NCBI RefSeq assembly: GCF_006345805.1
Contig: NC_042997.1
Span: 3,348,001 to 3,412,000 of the forward strand
Length of the DNA stretch: 64,000 nucleotides
Origin: Octopus sinensis
Taxonomy: Eukaryota
Direction: 5' to 3'
Position numbers and translations under genes: made by a program. Of the stretch, positions 1 through 11,345 are shown piece by piece (within the stretch, counting starts at the first letter, position 1; the number at the start of each line of letters is the position of its first letter). Under the pieces are notes generated by a model. The model did not search any database and was not told the DNA's origin. It saw nothing but the letters and a program-made list of their open reading frames with translations.

Positions 1-99
1 TGTGAGTAAAGGAACACAGGAAGAAACAAGGAGAAAAAAAACCCAAATATATATATATATTCTTTTATTGATGTATTTCGGGACGGTCATTGTTTTGCC

Positions 100-327
100 A
101 AATAAACACACGCACTATGTTTATTTTTTCACTCGTTTATTACTGTTCTTATTTCATTATTTTAACTCATGTCTATTGTCCGAAAATCATTCGTTTCACA
201 TCTGTGACGTCTTCAGCGACACTCTTCGTTTTCGTGTGTGTGTTTATGTCCATAAACATGAGTTAAAATAATAAAATAAGAACAGTAATAAACGAGTGAC
301 GAAAAATAATATTGTGTGTGTTTATTT
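100..327. repeat. Fold-back / MITE-like inverted repeat (~73-bp arms, ~83-bp spacer)
   Basis: 100-172 (aaataaacacac...cactcgtttattactgttcttatttcattattttaactcatgt) is the near reverse complement of 256-327. Confidence 0.75.
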
Positions 328-743
328 CACAAAAAAATGGAAGATTGTATGATTTTAATATATTAGGTCTCCGCTTCATTTTCTACTTCGAATACCCTAT
401 GAAGATGAAGAACATTTTTTTCGTAATTCTTTTGTAGGCATTGACTGACATCGGAAGCGGAAACGGGTTGTTATGTCATTAAAATGTTATGTCATGATTT
501 GTAGTAAATAATAAGCTACGTATGTGGTACAACTGATTTGTTTGTTGATGTAAAGTTTTGTCCATGTTCTGATTATTCTGATTATTCATTTTCTGATTCC
601 TGTTAAATTAGTGTGTATTCTGTTGGTACCTGTACTCTACAAGCATAGTGGGCCTGCATACCCATACCCAAAGGTAACACAGATAGCTAGTACCGATAGT
701 AAATACATATACTTTATTTCGCAGTCGGTTACTATAACCGCTA

Positions 744-788
744 ACTCTGCATACATTATATATATATATACATATATACATATATATA

Positions 789-826
<38 letters not shown>

Positions 827-839
827 TATATATAATATA

Positions 840-908
<69 letters not shown>
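744..908. repeat. (TA)n microsatellite
   Basis: Direct inspection. Confidence 0.95.
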
Positions 909-910
<2 letters not shown>

Positions 911-1135
911 CGAGAGGAAGTAAAACAGTTATCTGCACTTTCGCTATAGCATTACTTTATTATTATCATCTCACTGCCTTCTGCACATGCATGCCTATAA
1001 ATGGAACTATTGTGGTTACGTGATAGATACTTGAGCCAGATCACAACAGTTTTCTGTCTGGTTTTACAATGTAAGCATGTCAGCTCCGCTAGTGAGTTGC
1101 ACTAAAGAATAACAAAGCGCAGTAATCCGAGAGGT
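909..1135 (+). mobile_element. Mariner 5' end remnant (TIR-like tip plus first codons of transposase)
   Basis: Starts TA|CGAGAGG directly after the TA tract. ATG at 1077 reads MSAPLVSCTKE*QSAVIR, resembling the mariner N-terminus MAAPL..CTKEEQRAVIRF. Confidence 0.55.
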
Positions 1136-1189
1136 GGTAATGGTGAACCGATTACCATCTGTCGAGTTTACTAAATCTTCACGTTACGT

Positions 1190-1430
1190 ACCTAACACAG
1201 CTTCCGAGTACAGGTATTGGATCACTGCTCTTCGCTCTTCTTTTTGTGCACATTGAAAGTGGAGCGGCCATGCTTACGCTGTAAAGACAGAAAGAAAAAT
1301 GGCGCAATGAGGTTCAAACACGTGACCGCAAACGTACCAACTATAATCACTCACGCGCAGAAGACAGAGTCATAATAATAAAGATATGTTATGGCGAAAA
1401 TACCTTTAATTTTTGACCTCTCTCATTTAT
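1190..1430 (-). mobile_element. Second mariner 5' end remnant, opposite orientation
   Basis: Minus-strand ATG at 1271 reads MAAPLSMCTK(fs)EERRAVIQYLYSEAVLG. A TIR-like gagaggtcaaaaattaaaggtattttcgcc lies near 1395-1428 on the minus strand. Confidence 0.55.
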
Positions 1431-1475
1431 ATCAATCAACATAAAGGAGTTAATTTCGATAGATATTTTCAATCG

Positions 1476-1755
1476 CTACAATTGTTTCTACTCAACGAGG
1501 TTCTTCAGGTGTGCAGGAAATTCCTTATGCAACCGTTTCACTGCAGTATGAGAACTAGTTGTGCTTCCTCGGGTAATATGTAAATATTGTCACCGTGATG
1601 TCACTTTCTCGGGTTCAAATGCTTCTTTGAATTTGAACTTACTGAGAAAATAATTACATATCATCTAACGTTACAAAACTAGATCTCATAATGCAGGGAA
1701 ACGGTTGCATAAACATATGCGCCTGGAGACTTACGTAGCGTAGAAACAATTGTAG
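1476..1755. mobile_element. MITE-like element, 280 bp, ~80-bp imperfect TIRs
   Basis: ctacaattgtttctac at 1476-1491 vs gtagaaacaattgtag at 1740-1755; ttatgcaaccgtttcactgcagtatgagaactagtt at 1525-1560 vs its near complement at 1677-1712. No TSD seen. Confidence 0.7.
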
Positions 1756-1789
1756 GGACGGAAAAGAAATGTTAAAACCAAAGCCTTAT

Positions 1790-1940
1790 ATTATTTATAT
1801 TATTTACATTTAACGGATATTTGTCCTCATCCTGTTTGTTGTTAACACAACGTTACGGCCAATATATTCTCCAGGTTTCATCAGATGTCCTGCAGAAATT
1901 TCTAAATTGTGTCCCCTATCAAAGGTATTTTTCCGAAGTT
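1790..1940 (-). mobile_element. Poseidon-type PLE terminal repeat, hammerhead-bearing half
   Basis: Homologous to 20390-20500 and, inverted, to 22420-22530. Confidence 0.75.
1844..1889 (-). ncRNA. Degenerate minimal hammerhead ribozyme
   Basis: Minus strand: gacat-CUGAUGA-a-(mismatched stem II)-GUAA-CGU-U-gtgtt. The core CUGAUGA is intact; GAAA is mutated to GUAA. Confidence 0.5.
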
Positions 1941-1967
1941 ATTATTATTATCAGCATTATTATTATG

Positions 1968-2893
1968 ATTCAGTAGTTTTATTTTTGTAGCGTGCATTCA
2001 CTTCACTACCTAGCGCAGCTCTGTGTGCCTTGGGTATGTGCTGTGATTTGTTGTGATGCTCTGATGGTTATTGTATGGAAAGTGTTCTGCGTAGGATGTG
2101 TGCAGTGCCTAGTAGTGCAATTTTCTGTATGTTATATGTGTTTGTAAGTCCTGGTGTTTTTTGTTATGTATTTGTCTGAATATTTTTTTATCATGCCTAA
2201 TGCACCTACTATGATGGGAATTGTTTCTGTTTTTAGATTCCACATTCTGGTTACCTCTATTTCCAGGTCTTTGTATTTTGAGAGTTTCTCCATTTCTTTT
2301 AGAGACACGTTGTCATCTGACGGTATTGATACATCAATTACAAAGCATGTTTTTTTCTTCATGATCTTTGACACCTATATCTGGTCTGTTGGCCTTAATT
2401 TCTCTATCTGTGTGTATCGGCATATCCCAGAGTATGGTTGCTTTCTCGTTTTCTGTGACCTTTTCCGGTGTGTGCCTATACCATCTTTTTTCTGTTGTTA
2501 TTCCATAATGTTGGCATAGCTTCCAATGAATGTAGGTTCCAACTCTGTCATGTCTGTGAATATATTCCTTCATAGCCAGGACTGGGCAGCTAGAGATGAT
2601 ATGATTTATTGTTTCCTGTCCATCTCCACATATTCTGCAGTTACTTGTTTTATTTCTTTTCATTACATGTTTTTGGTTATTTCTGGTGGGGAGGCTTTGG
2701 TCTTGTGCTGCAATTAAAAATCCCTCTGTCTCTGAGCTTCTCAACCATTGCTGGGATTTTTCTTTGTCTATTTCTTTTGCATTTAATTTAGTCCAGTATT
2801 TACCATAAAGGGGCTTTTCTTGCCATCGTTTTATCATGGTTCATTGCTGTGCTATTTTTAGTTTGGATTTCATGTGTTTTATAGCTTTTGTTG
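1968..2893 (-). mobile_element. R4/Dong-type non-LTR retrotransposon, 3' fragment (CCHC knuckle + RLE endonuclease)
   Basis: ORFs 2334-2837 (CRICG..ETINHIISSC, RHD, RPDI) and 2132-2374 (IDVSIP..KLSKYKDL..IPIIVGALG). The 3' end abuts (ATT)n at 1941-1967. Confidence 0.9.
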
Positions 2894-2894
2894 T

Positions 2895-3045
2895 TTCTTC
2901 ATCTTCTTCTTCTTCTTCTTCTTCTTCTTCTCTTCTTCTTCTTCTGCCTTCTTCTTCTTCTTCTTCTTCTTTTCTTCTTCTTCTTCTTCTTCTTCCTCCT
3001 CTTTTTCTTCTTCTTCTTCTTCTTCTTCTTCTTCCTTCTTCTTCA
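2895..3045. repeat. (TTC)n microsatellite
   Basis: Direct inspection. Confidence 0.95.
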
Positions 3046-3495
3046 TATTTATAGGTGGTATGATTTCTTGTTTATATTGTCAGCTTCCTTAAATACTGAG
3101 AACAGTTTTTTGTTTTGCTCGTGTTTTGCCGCTATTTGTATCAGTTTTCCTTTCTTGTGAAGTAGATATTTTTGCAGTCCTATGTTGGTTATTTTATAGT
3201 AATTTCCATCTGTATAAGGCCTCTAACACCTTCTATACGTATATATGAGTCCCTCTTTTGTTTGGAGCTGTAGCACTGTTTGTATTTATTCATAGAGTGT
3301 CCTATGTATTTTATAATGATAGGTGCTACTTTGTTAATGGCTAGTGTTTCGAGGATCCATGTGTGGGGGATGCTATCAAACGCCTTTTTGTAGTCGATCC
3401 AGGCCATACTGAGGCCTTTCTTCTTTCTGTGGCTGTCTTCAGTTATGGCTTTATTAATCATTATATGATCTTTACAGCCATATGAGCCTTTGCGG
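3046..3495 (-). mobile_element. R4/Dong-type RT fragment
   Basis: ORF 3189-3461 contains the RT motif MAWIDYKKAFDSIPHTWI. Confidence 0.85.
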
Positions 3496-3499
3496 CATC

Positions 3500-3628
3500 C
3501 TTTCTTCTTCTTCTTCTTCTTCTTCTTTTTTTCTTTTTCTTCTTCTTTTTTTTCTTCTTCTTCTTCTTCTTCTTCTTCTTTTTCTTTTTCTTCTTCTTTT
3601 TTTCTTCTTCTTCTTCTTCTTCTTCTTC

Positions 3629-3675
<47 letters not shown>

Positions 3676-3692
3676 GATGTTGTTGTTGTTAT
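3500..3692. repeat. Compound (TTC)n-(ATT)n-(GTT)n microsatellite
   Basis: Direct inspection. Confidence 0.95.
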
Positions 3693-3695
3693 TCA

Positions 3696-3770
3696 AGTCA
3701 CTGCCTGCAATCGGACTCGGAATCTTGGGGTTACTAGCCTGCGCTCTTAACCACTTACGCTTATGCCCGT
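3696..3770 (-). other. tRNA-like module belonging to the Poseidon-type pLTR
   Basis: Aligns with 20510-20578; decayed A-box and B-box on the minus strand. Confidence 0.7.
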
Positions 3771-3774
3771 GTGA

Positions 3775-3950
3775 ATATGGTGTTATTGTTAAGAGCGCGG
3801 CTAGTAACACAGCGATTTCGAGTTCGACTCCAGACAATAACCGTTTGAATAAGTACTAGGCTTACAAAGAATAAATCCATGGGTCGATTTGCTCGATTAA
3901 AGGCGGTGCTTCATCATAGCCGCTGTCAAATGACTGAAACAAATAAAAGT
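3775..3950 (+). mobile_element. Chimeric SINE-like piece: tRNA-like head (same family as 3696-3770) fused to the common SINE tail
   Basis: atatggtgttattgttaagagcgcggctagtaac...gagttcgactcc, then aataagtactaggcttacaaag...aaatgactgaaac. Confidence 0.6.
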
Positions 3951-4400
3951 GCTCTGGTAAGTAGCTTGCTAACCAATCACATGGTTGCGGGTTCAATCCC
4001 CCTGCGTGGCATCGTGGGCAATTGTTTTCTGCTATAGCCCCGGGTCGACCAATGCCTTGTGAGTGGATTTGATAGACGGAAACTGAAAGAAGCCTGTCGT
4101 ATATATCTATATATATGTATATAATATATATATATATATTATATATATGTGTGTGTTGTTTGTGTGTGTGGTGTGTGTGTGTGTGTGTGGGTGTGTGTGT
4201 GTGATTGTGTGTTTGTCCCCTAGCATTGCTGACAACCGATGCTGGTGTGTTTACGTCCCGTCACTTAGCGGTTCGGCAAAGGCAAAAGAGACCGATAGAA
4301 TAAGTACTGGGCTTACAAAGATATGTCCCGGGTCGATTTGCTCGACTAAAGGCGGTGCTCCAGCATGGCCGCAGTCAAATGACTGAAAACAAGTAAAAGA
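3951..4400 (+). mobile_element. tRNA-derived SINE (family A) with internal (TA)/(TG) tract
   Basis: B-box-like ggttcaatcc; conserved body (gccttgtgagtggatttg.tagacggaaactgaaagaagcc); tail ggcggtgctccagcatggccgcagtcaaatgactgaaa. Many copies in the window. Confidence 0.85.
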
Positions 4401-4485
4401 TATATATATATATATATATATATTTGTAAAAAATGAAGTTCGAAAAATGCTGCTGTATTATACAATTTTTAATTTTTATATATAC

Positions 4486-4530
4486 ATTATAACATGTTTC
4501 AGTTCCTGAAATGAACCTTATCAAAAAAAG
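4486..4530 (-). ncRNA. Hammerhead-like motif with U3-A8 core
   Basis: Minus strand: UUGAUAA-ggttc(atttcag)gaact-GAA-ACAUGU-U. Stem II has 5 bp and stem III is palindromic; stem I is weak. Confidence 0.6.
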
Positions 4531-4905
4531 TGATATATAAAAAAGACAGCTCATGCCGTCAAACACAAGAAATTCATTTATAATACACAACGGAGTCACA
4601 CATCTTAGAGTTCATGTATAGTTGATACATAGTTCATGTATAGTTGATATATAGTTGAAGTATATGTTCAAAGTGTTCGATGCAGTGGCCCACGGTGGCG
4701 ATACGTATTCAATACAAAAAACTGATCAAAGGTGGTGGAAAGCGGTCAATACAGAAGATTGATGTTTCCGAAAGAGCGCGGGAATTCATTTTACCTTAAG
4801 CAATTGTGATGACCCATGGTGGATGTTCGCTGGGTGGTTCTAGTGAGTTTTTGTGTGAAAGTGCTCGGTTATAATGCCTGTTAGGTGGTCAATCCAGCGT
4901 AGTGT

Positions 4906-5331
4906 GACGTCATCAACGTTTTGGACAATCGTTTCGTTAGGTGGCTTTTTAGTCAAGTAGAACGGGACGTCATCATTATTTTGACCAATCGCTGAATTAT
5001 AACTGCTCTTGTTTGTTTCCTGTTTTGACCAGTCGCTTCGTTAGTCAAGTTAGAACGGGACGTCATCATTATTTGACCAATCGCTGCATTATAAACTGCC
5101 TCTTGTTGTTTCCTGTTTTGACCAGTCGCTTCGTTAGTCAAGCAGAACGGGACGTCATCCAGATTCTGCCCAATCACGACTTATAGCTACATTAGATCTG
5201 CCCCCTGTCTGTACTTGTTAGGTGACTAGTCAAGCAGAAAAGGACGTCATCAATATTCTGACTAATGACTGTCCCCTGTTTGTATCCTGTCCATTCTAGC
5301 AGAGCTAGACGTCATAAACTTGTTGACCAAT
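4906..5331. promoter_or_regulatory. Tandem array of six GACGTCA-N11/12-CCAAT cassettes (putative pLTR promoter)
   Basis: GACGTCA at 4906, 4966, 5059, 5151, 5243 and 5308, each followed by a CCAAT or CCAAT-like box; unit ~92 bp in the core. Confidence 0.6.
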
Positions 5332-5677
5332 CAGAATCGGGTCTGACCCTTAGCTGTATCGTATGTATCAGGGTCAGATTTGCACGAATAATTTTTTTCC
5401 TTTTTTACTAAGCATTTTCCGTCAGATTGAGTGTCTGTTGAAGTAGCGGCCGTGGTGGAATGTTGCTTTGCTTTTCGGAGGACTTATCTTTAGTTTTAGT
5501 ATTCCGGGCCCAGGGTGTTTAAACTTGGTCTAAATTTTTTTATGAAATATAGTTCTTTATTTGGCGGTTGTGTGAAGGTTGCGTTGTCACTGAATTTATA
5601 GAGCGGGTAGTTGTAAATTTCGGATTTACATTTCCAGCACATCTATCTATGTGTCGCTGACCGGTATTTTGCGGTAA

Positions 5678-5696
5678 TATATATATATATATATAT

Positions 5697-5753
<57 letters not shown>

Positions 5754-5835
5754 ATACATATCTATATATAGATATATATATATATATATATAATATATTA
5801 TATATATATATATATAATATATATTACATATATAT
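5678..5835. repeat. (TA)n microsatellite
   Basis: Direct inspection. Confidence 0.95.
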
Positions 5836-6407
5836 ACTACATGCATGCAATCATGTATACAAAATATATGCACACATCACAGGCAATCGTTTTTACCTGC
5901 CTTGTTTCCATCAAGGCATGATACATGACAACTCTAAGATGTTTGTCCTTTGAATACTAATCCATTTCATTTTTCAATATGTAAATTCATTTACGTATGT
6001 GCGTCTGTGTGCACGCGTGTGTTAGAGAGACAGAGAGAGAGAGAGAGATTGAGAGAGAGGATAAGAGAGAGGGAATATGTGTGCATACGTTTGTGTGTGA
6101 ATGCTTGCGTGCGTTTGTCGGTTGTTCGTGTTCTTGGCATTTAGTATATTTACCTATCTCTAATACCACTAATCGATCTGTCCATCCTTTCTATTGTGTA
6201 CGTTAATCGCGTGCAAACATATATCTTATATTTGTCGTTGTCTATTAACCTGACTTCTGTTCTTCATTTTAAACACAATAAATTATATTACGGTTGATTA
6301 AAATAATTCTCAAATACACCTGTATACGTTATCATGTATGAAATTAAAATGAATAATAGCCTTGACCTATTTGTAATTCTTGTATACGCCTTTATTCTTT
6401 TTTCTCT

Positions 6408-6714
6408 TTTACTTGTTTCAGTCATGTTACTGTGGCCATGCTGGAGTACCGCTTTTAGTCGAGCCAATCGACCACAGGACTTATTGTTTGTAAGCCTAGT
6501 ACTTATTTTATCGGTCTCTTTAACTGATCCGCTAAGTTACAGACACATAAACACACAAGCATCGGTTGTCAAGCGATGTTGGTCGGACAAAAACAGATAC
6601 ACAAACATACACACAAACATATATATATATATATATAATATATATATATATAATATAATATATATATATATATATATACGTACACACACCCACACACCCA
6701 TATATATATATAGA

Positions 6715-6754
<40 letters not shown>

Positions 6755-6930
6755 ATATATATATATATATAATATATATGCATATTTTCGACGGTCTTCT
6801 TTCCGTCTAGCAAATCCACTTACAAGGTATTGGTCGACCCGAGGCTATAGTAGAAAACACTTGCCCAAGATGCCACGCAGTGGGACTGAACACGGAACCA
6901 TGTGGTTCGTGAGCAATTTACTTACCGCAC
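6408..6930 (-). mobile_element. tRNA-derived SINE (family A) with expanded internal (TA)n
   Basis: Reverse complement of the 3951-4400 family: tail at 6410, head at 6880-6930. Confidence 0.85.
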
Positions 6931-7300
6931 ATTGGGCCTTCCTGTAGCCACTCTCTCGACACAGGACAGCACTACTATCTTCACGCAATTAATGAAGGCC
7001 CCTGTGTTGAGTCTGAGGCCGTCTGTGAAGATGAATGGAGTCATAATATGGCCATCGCTAGGGATCACACCAAACACCATGTGATGAATAGATGTTTGAT
7101 TTTTTATCACTCGTGATAAGATGTCCTTAGACTGGATTGACACATATTCGCATTGTAGCTTCCGTCGCGAATTCCAAGCAGTACAACTTGTCGTTTCCAA
7201 TTTTTTTGGCCGAGTGAATTACGTCACGTACTTTTTTTCTCCCGGATAGTGATCAACTGACCCTACTATACTCTGTAGTCCCAAAAGTCATAAACAAACC
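6931..7300 (-). mobile_element. IS630-Tc1-mariner transposase fragment (probably maT/DD37D-like)
   Basis: ORF 6922-7200 reads HMVFGVIPSDGHIMTPFIFTDGLRLNTGAFINCVKIVVLSCVERVATGRP, the segment between catalytic D1 and D2. Confidence 0.7.
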
Positions 7301-7523
7301 AGGTGCATGTGCGAAAGTAAAAATATATAATGAAGACATTTTACCCATCTCGAAGTGAATCGAACGGCTTTTGTGTGTTTCTTAAATGGCTTATAAACAC
7401 CTTCCACGCTGCAATTGCATACATATATTGTGATATGGGTAAATTTTCACCAATTTATTGTTGTACTTTCACGCATGCGCAGTATGCATATACATACACT
7501 CACACACATACACAGATACACAC

Positions 7524-7600
<77 letters not shown>

Positions 7601-9189
7601 TATAACATAATACAATATACATATGTATGTATGGACAGTAATGCCCTTTTGAAGTACAAGAACCACACTTCGAACGAAGCTCAAATGTTCTACTACAGTA
7701 AATGCTTCTGAGTGTTACCGAAAAAATTATAGAGAGAGAAAAAGAAAGCTTCTTCTAAGCAAACACATGTAGACTTGATTTTTTTTTAAAGAAATTTACT
7801 AGTCTGTCTATGAGTTCTTGTGATCGGTGATCACGTGTACAAATAATTGTGTGGGCGAGTCTAGTGCGAGTGTAAATGATTCAGAAAAAGTATATAATAG
7901 TAATACTTTTTATTAGAAATAATCTTGACATTGTTTTTAGTTTACATAAAATATTCTTTACTTCCTACTATTTTATTGCCATTTATTTACGAGCATTATA
8001 AATTCCATAGGGAATATATTTTTCTTGGAACGAATTACTACGTATAACATTGCTACTGCGAGAAAGTATTGTTCAGCTTTACGAGTTTTCACTTTACGAG
8101 CGTTCTCCAGGAATAAATTGTCATGCCTATCGAGGCATTACTGTATACAGCAATATCTCACTTTACATGGGCCTGCTTTATGAGACGTCGTATTTACGAT
8201 CTTTTACGAGTTTTATTTTCTGTTCACGCGTTTTCGCTTAATAGGCTTCCCTAGGAACGAATTTAATTGTATACTGAGTCATTGTTATATGAGTGTACTT
8301 ACATTCATATAGGGCAAATGTAACAAATGAAAAGATATTATTCAGCGATTTATTTAGCTTCGACGCGTTTCAAATTGCGGGTCATGACCTAAATATTGAA
8401 CGTTTTCATATGCATGGTTAATTGGCCCTTCATTGGGTCACTTAGAATGCAATAGAGAAACAGAAGCTGCGTGCCATTTTATTATTTTCAAAGCAAGAAT
8501 GATCCTGCTAAATTCAATATACAGTGTAATAAATTTCGAGGGCCCATGGTAGTAAACGCAATCTGACTGATTCTTATTTTATTAACAGTAGTTCATAGGA
8601 AAAGAAGAGGATCCATACCTATAAAACCTTTTTAGTTTAGTATTTGTATATTCCATATCAAATTAGAATTGTAATGTAGTCTTTGCTGTAGACAAGTGAA
8701 ACTTTGTATGTGTTGACAGTAAATTAACTAGAAATAAAATTGAAAATCAGTATCTATTTATAAATAGCATTCTACAAGAGAAATAAAATAAAAATTGATA
8801 CAGTGAATATAGAATCAATTCAATATCTATCAGTTTGTCGATGATCTAATATATTGCTTATATATAAATCATACGATGAATTATGCCCTATAGAAAGGTA
8901 TTAAGAAAATGGAATTAATATATATAACTCGGATAAATTAATCTGTAGTTTAATTATTTCAGAAAGCTTACTAAGTTCTAAATAAATGTGAATAGTAGGA
9001 CATTAATTCGTGCTGCTTATTTATTAACATAGAGATCCAATTAAGGATGGCACAATAATTACACCAAACTTTCTCTGCAATGTGCTGTAAGGCACTATGT
9101 ATTATCGACCATTTAATATATAATCTAATATACTTGTCTTTCAGGCTCCAAATAAATTCTTAATTAATGATATACATTAGCACAGAGAT

Positions 9190-9690
<501 letters not shown>

Positions 9691-10216
9691 TACTTGGATT
9701 CGATCCGATGTGTTGCCACATAGAAATCACAGTTTGTTCATCTGCGCAAAATCAATTGTTGTCTACGTGATAGTTCGGTGGCTCATCTAGATTTTCGTGG
9801 ACGCAGCCTATAAATACAGTCAACTTTACCGCGAGTTTCGCAGAGTTTCGCAGACATAAGAGCCACCGTGACGTTCTCCCTTCTCGCCACCATCAAAGTG
9901 ATTTGATTCGAATTGGCGTTCACTCTTCTCATAGCTCTTTTTTGACTGCTGCATATTCAACCTGGAACGATCGATGAAGTCACACCACGTCACCATGACT
10001 GTGTATGTGGTAACTAAAATCAGCCCAATGTTGAAATTCTTAAAAAAATGTCTGTATGTGTCTTATACGTTTTTTTGTTCTGAGTGTTTCCTTTCATACA
10101 CTGTATGATCACCTTTCCTATTAATGTGACAAATAAACTACGTTCCCAAACAAAAACAAAAAGCTCCCTGGTATAACTGAAACAACGTATATACATCTAT
10201 TACATTTTTAATATTT

Positions 10217-10560
10217 TACTTGTTTCAGTCATTTGACTCCAGCCATGCTGGGGCACTGCACTGAATGGTTTTAGTCGACCATATCGACACCTGGACTTGT
10301 ATTTATTCCATCTTTTGCTTTTGCCAAGTCGCTGATTAACGATGACATAAACACATTAGCACTGGTTGTCAAGCGGTGGTGAGAGACAAAAACAGGCACA
10401 CACATGATGACAATGATAGTTTACATCCATGTCAAGACAGGGATATACACACACAGACACACACGCACATACATATATAATTGGCTTCTTTCCCAAGTGG
10501 GACTGGTCTCAAGACCAAATATTTAAGAAACAGGCTTCTTAACCACACCGCCACACTTGA
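10217..10560 (-). mobile_element. SINE family A (deleted copy)
   Basis: Tail ttacttgtttcagtcatttgactccagccatgctggggcac; decayed head at 10495-10555. Confidence 0.75.
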
Positions 10561-10599
10561 GCCTTCTTATATGTAAAACAATAACCATCCTCTCCTAGC

Positions 10600-10789
10600 T
10601 TTTACTTATTTCAGTTAATAGATAATGACCATAGAGGGGCAATGCCTTCAAGAGTTTTACTAAATGAATTGACTCCATTACGTTTTTAAAGCCTGGTACT
10701 TATTCCATTCGTCTCATTTACTGAAACACTAAGTTACAAAGATGTAAACATACTAACATTTGTGGTCAAGTATTGATGGAGGACAAAAC

Positions 10790-10880
<91 letters not shown>

Positions 10881-11042
10881 TATATATATATAGGCTTCTT
10901 TCAGTTTCCGTTAATGGAATCCACTCGTACGCTTTTGGTCGGCCTGAAGCTGTTATAGAAAACGCTTGCCTAAGGTGCCATGTGATGGAGCTGAACCCTG
11001 AACCATGTGGTTTGGAAGCAAGCTCATTACCACGCAACCAAA
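10600..11042 (-). mobile_element. SINE family A
   Basis: Tail at 10600-10660, microsatellite core, head ctgaaccctgaaccatgtggtttggaagcaag. Confidence 0.8.
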
Positions 11043-11189
11043 CTAGCCTGTCCCTAGCATTTTTGCTTGTTAAAAATTTCACATATTGTTAACTAGAATG
11101 GTGGTTCCTGAACTTATTTGGCCGTGGAATCAAAAAGCAGTTTTTCCAGAAATTACAGAACAACATTAACCACACACACATACACACAC

Positions 11190-11345
11190 ACACATACGGT
11201 AGGTTAATTTCATTTTCTGTCTACCAAATATATTCACAAGGCTTTGGTCAAACCGAGGCTATAGAAGACATTTGCTCAAGGTGACACACGTTGTGAGACT
11301 GAAACCGGAACCATGTTTGGGAAGCAAGCTTTGTACCACAAAGTC
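11190..11345 (-). mobile_element. SINE family A 5' fragment
   Basis: cacaaggctttggtc...gaggctatag...ttgctcaaggtg...gaaccatgtttgggaagcaag. Confidence 0.75.

Larger units (their letters stand above)
4425..5673 (-). mobile_element. 5'-truncated Penelope-like element (Neptune-like): GIY-YIG C-terminus plus ~1-kb pLTR
   Basis: Minus 5673-5496, with frameshifts, reads RKIPVS.HIDRCAGNVNPKFT.YPLYKFSDNAT...KELYFIKKFRPSLN*. This is homologous to RQIPLSDHLDSCAKDLNPKFYIFPFYQC...KENLFIEKFQTQLN of the 42.8-kb element. Both ends lie in (TA)n. Confidence 0.75.

Noticed and set aside
186-226. CUGAAGA...GAAAC on the minus strand as a hammerhead
   Set aside because: Stems I-III do not pair in register.
4906-5331. 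Repeat array as a possible CRISPR
   Set aside because: The units are degenerate tandem duplications without unique spacers, the context is eukaryotic, and there are no cas genes.
9700-10020. Possible mariner N-terminal remnant on the minus strand
   Set aside because: Too decayed to assign motifs with confidence.
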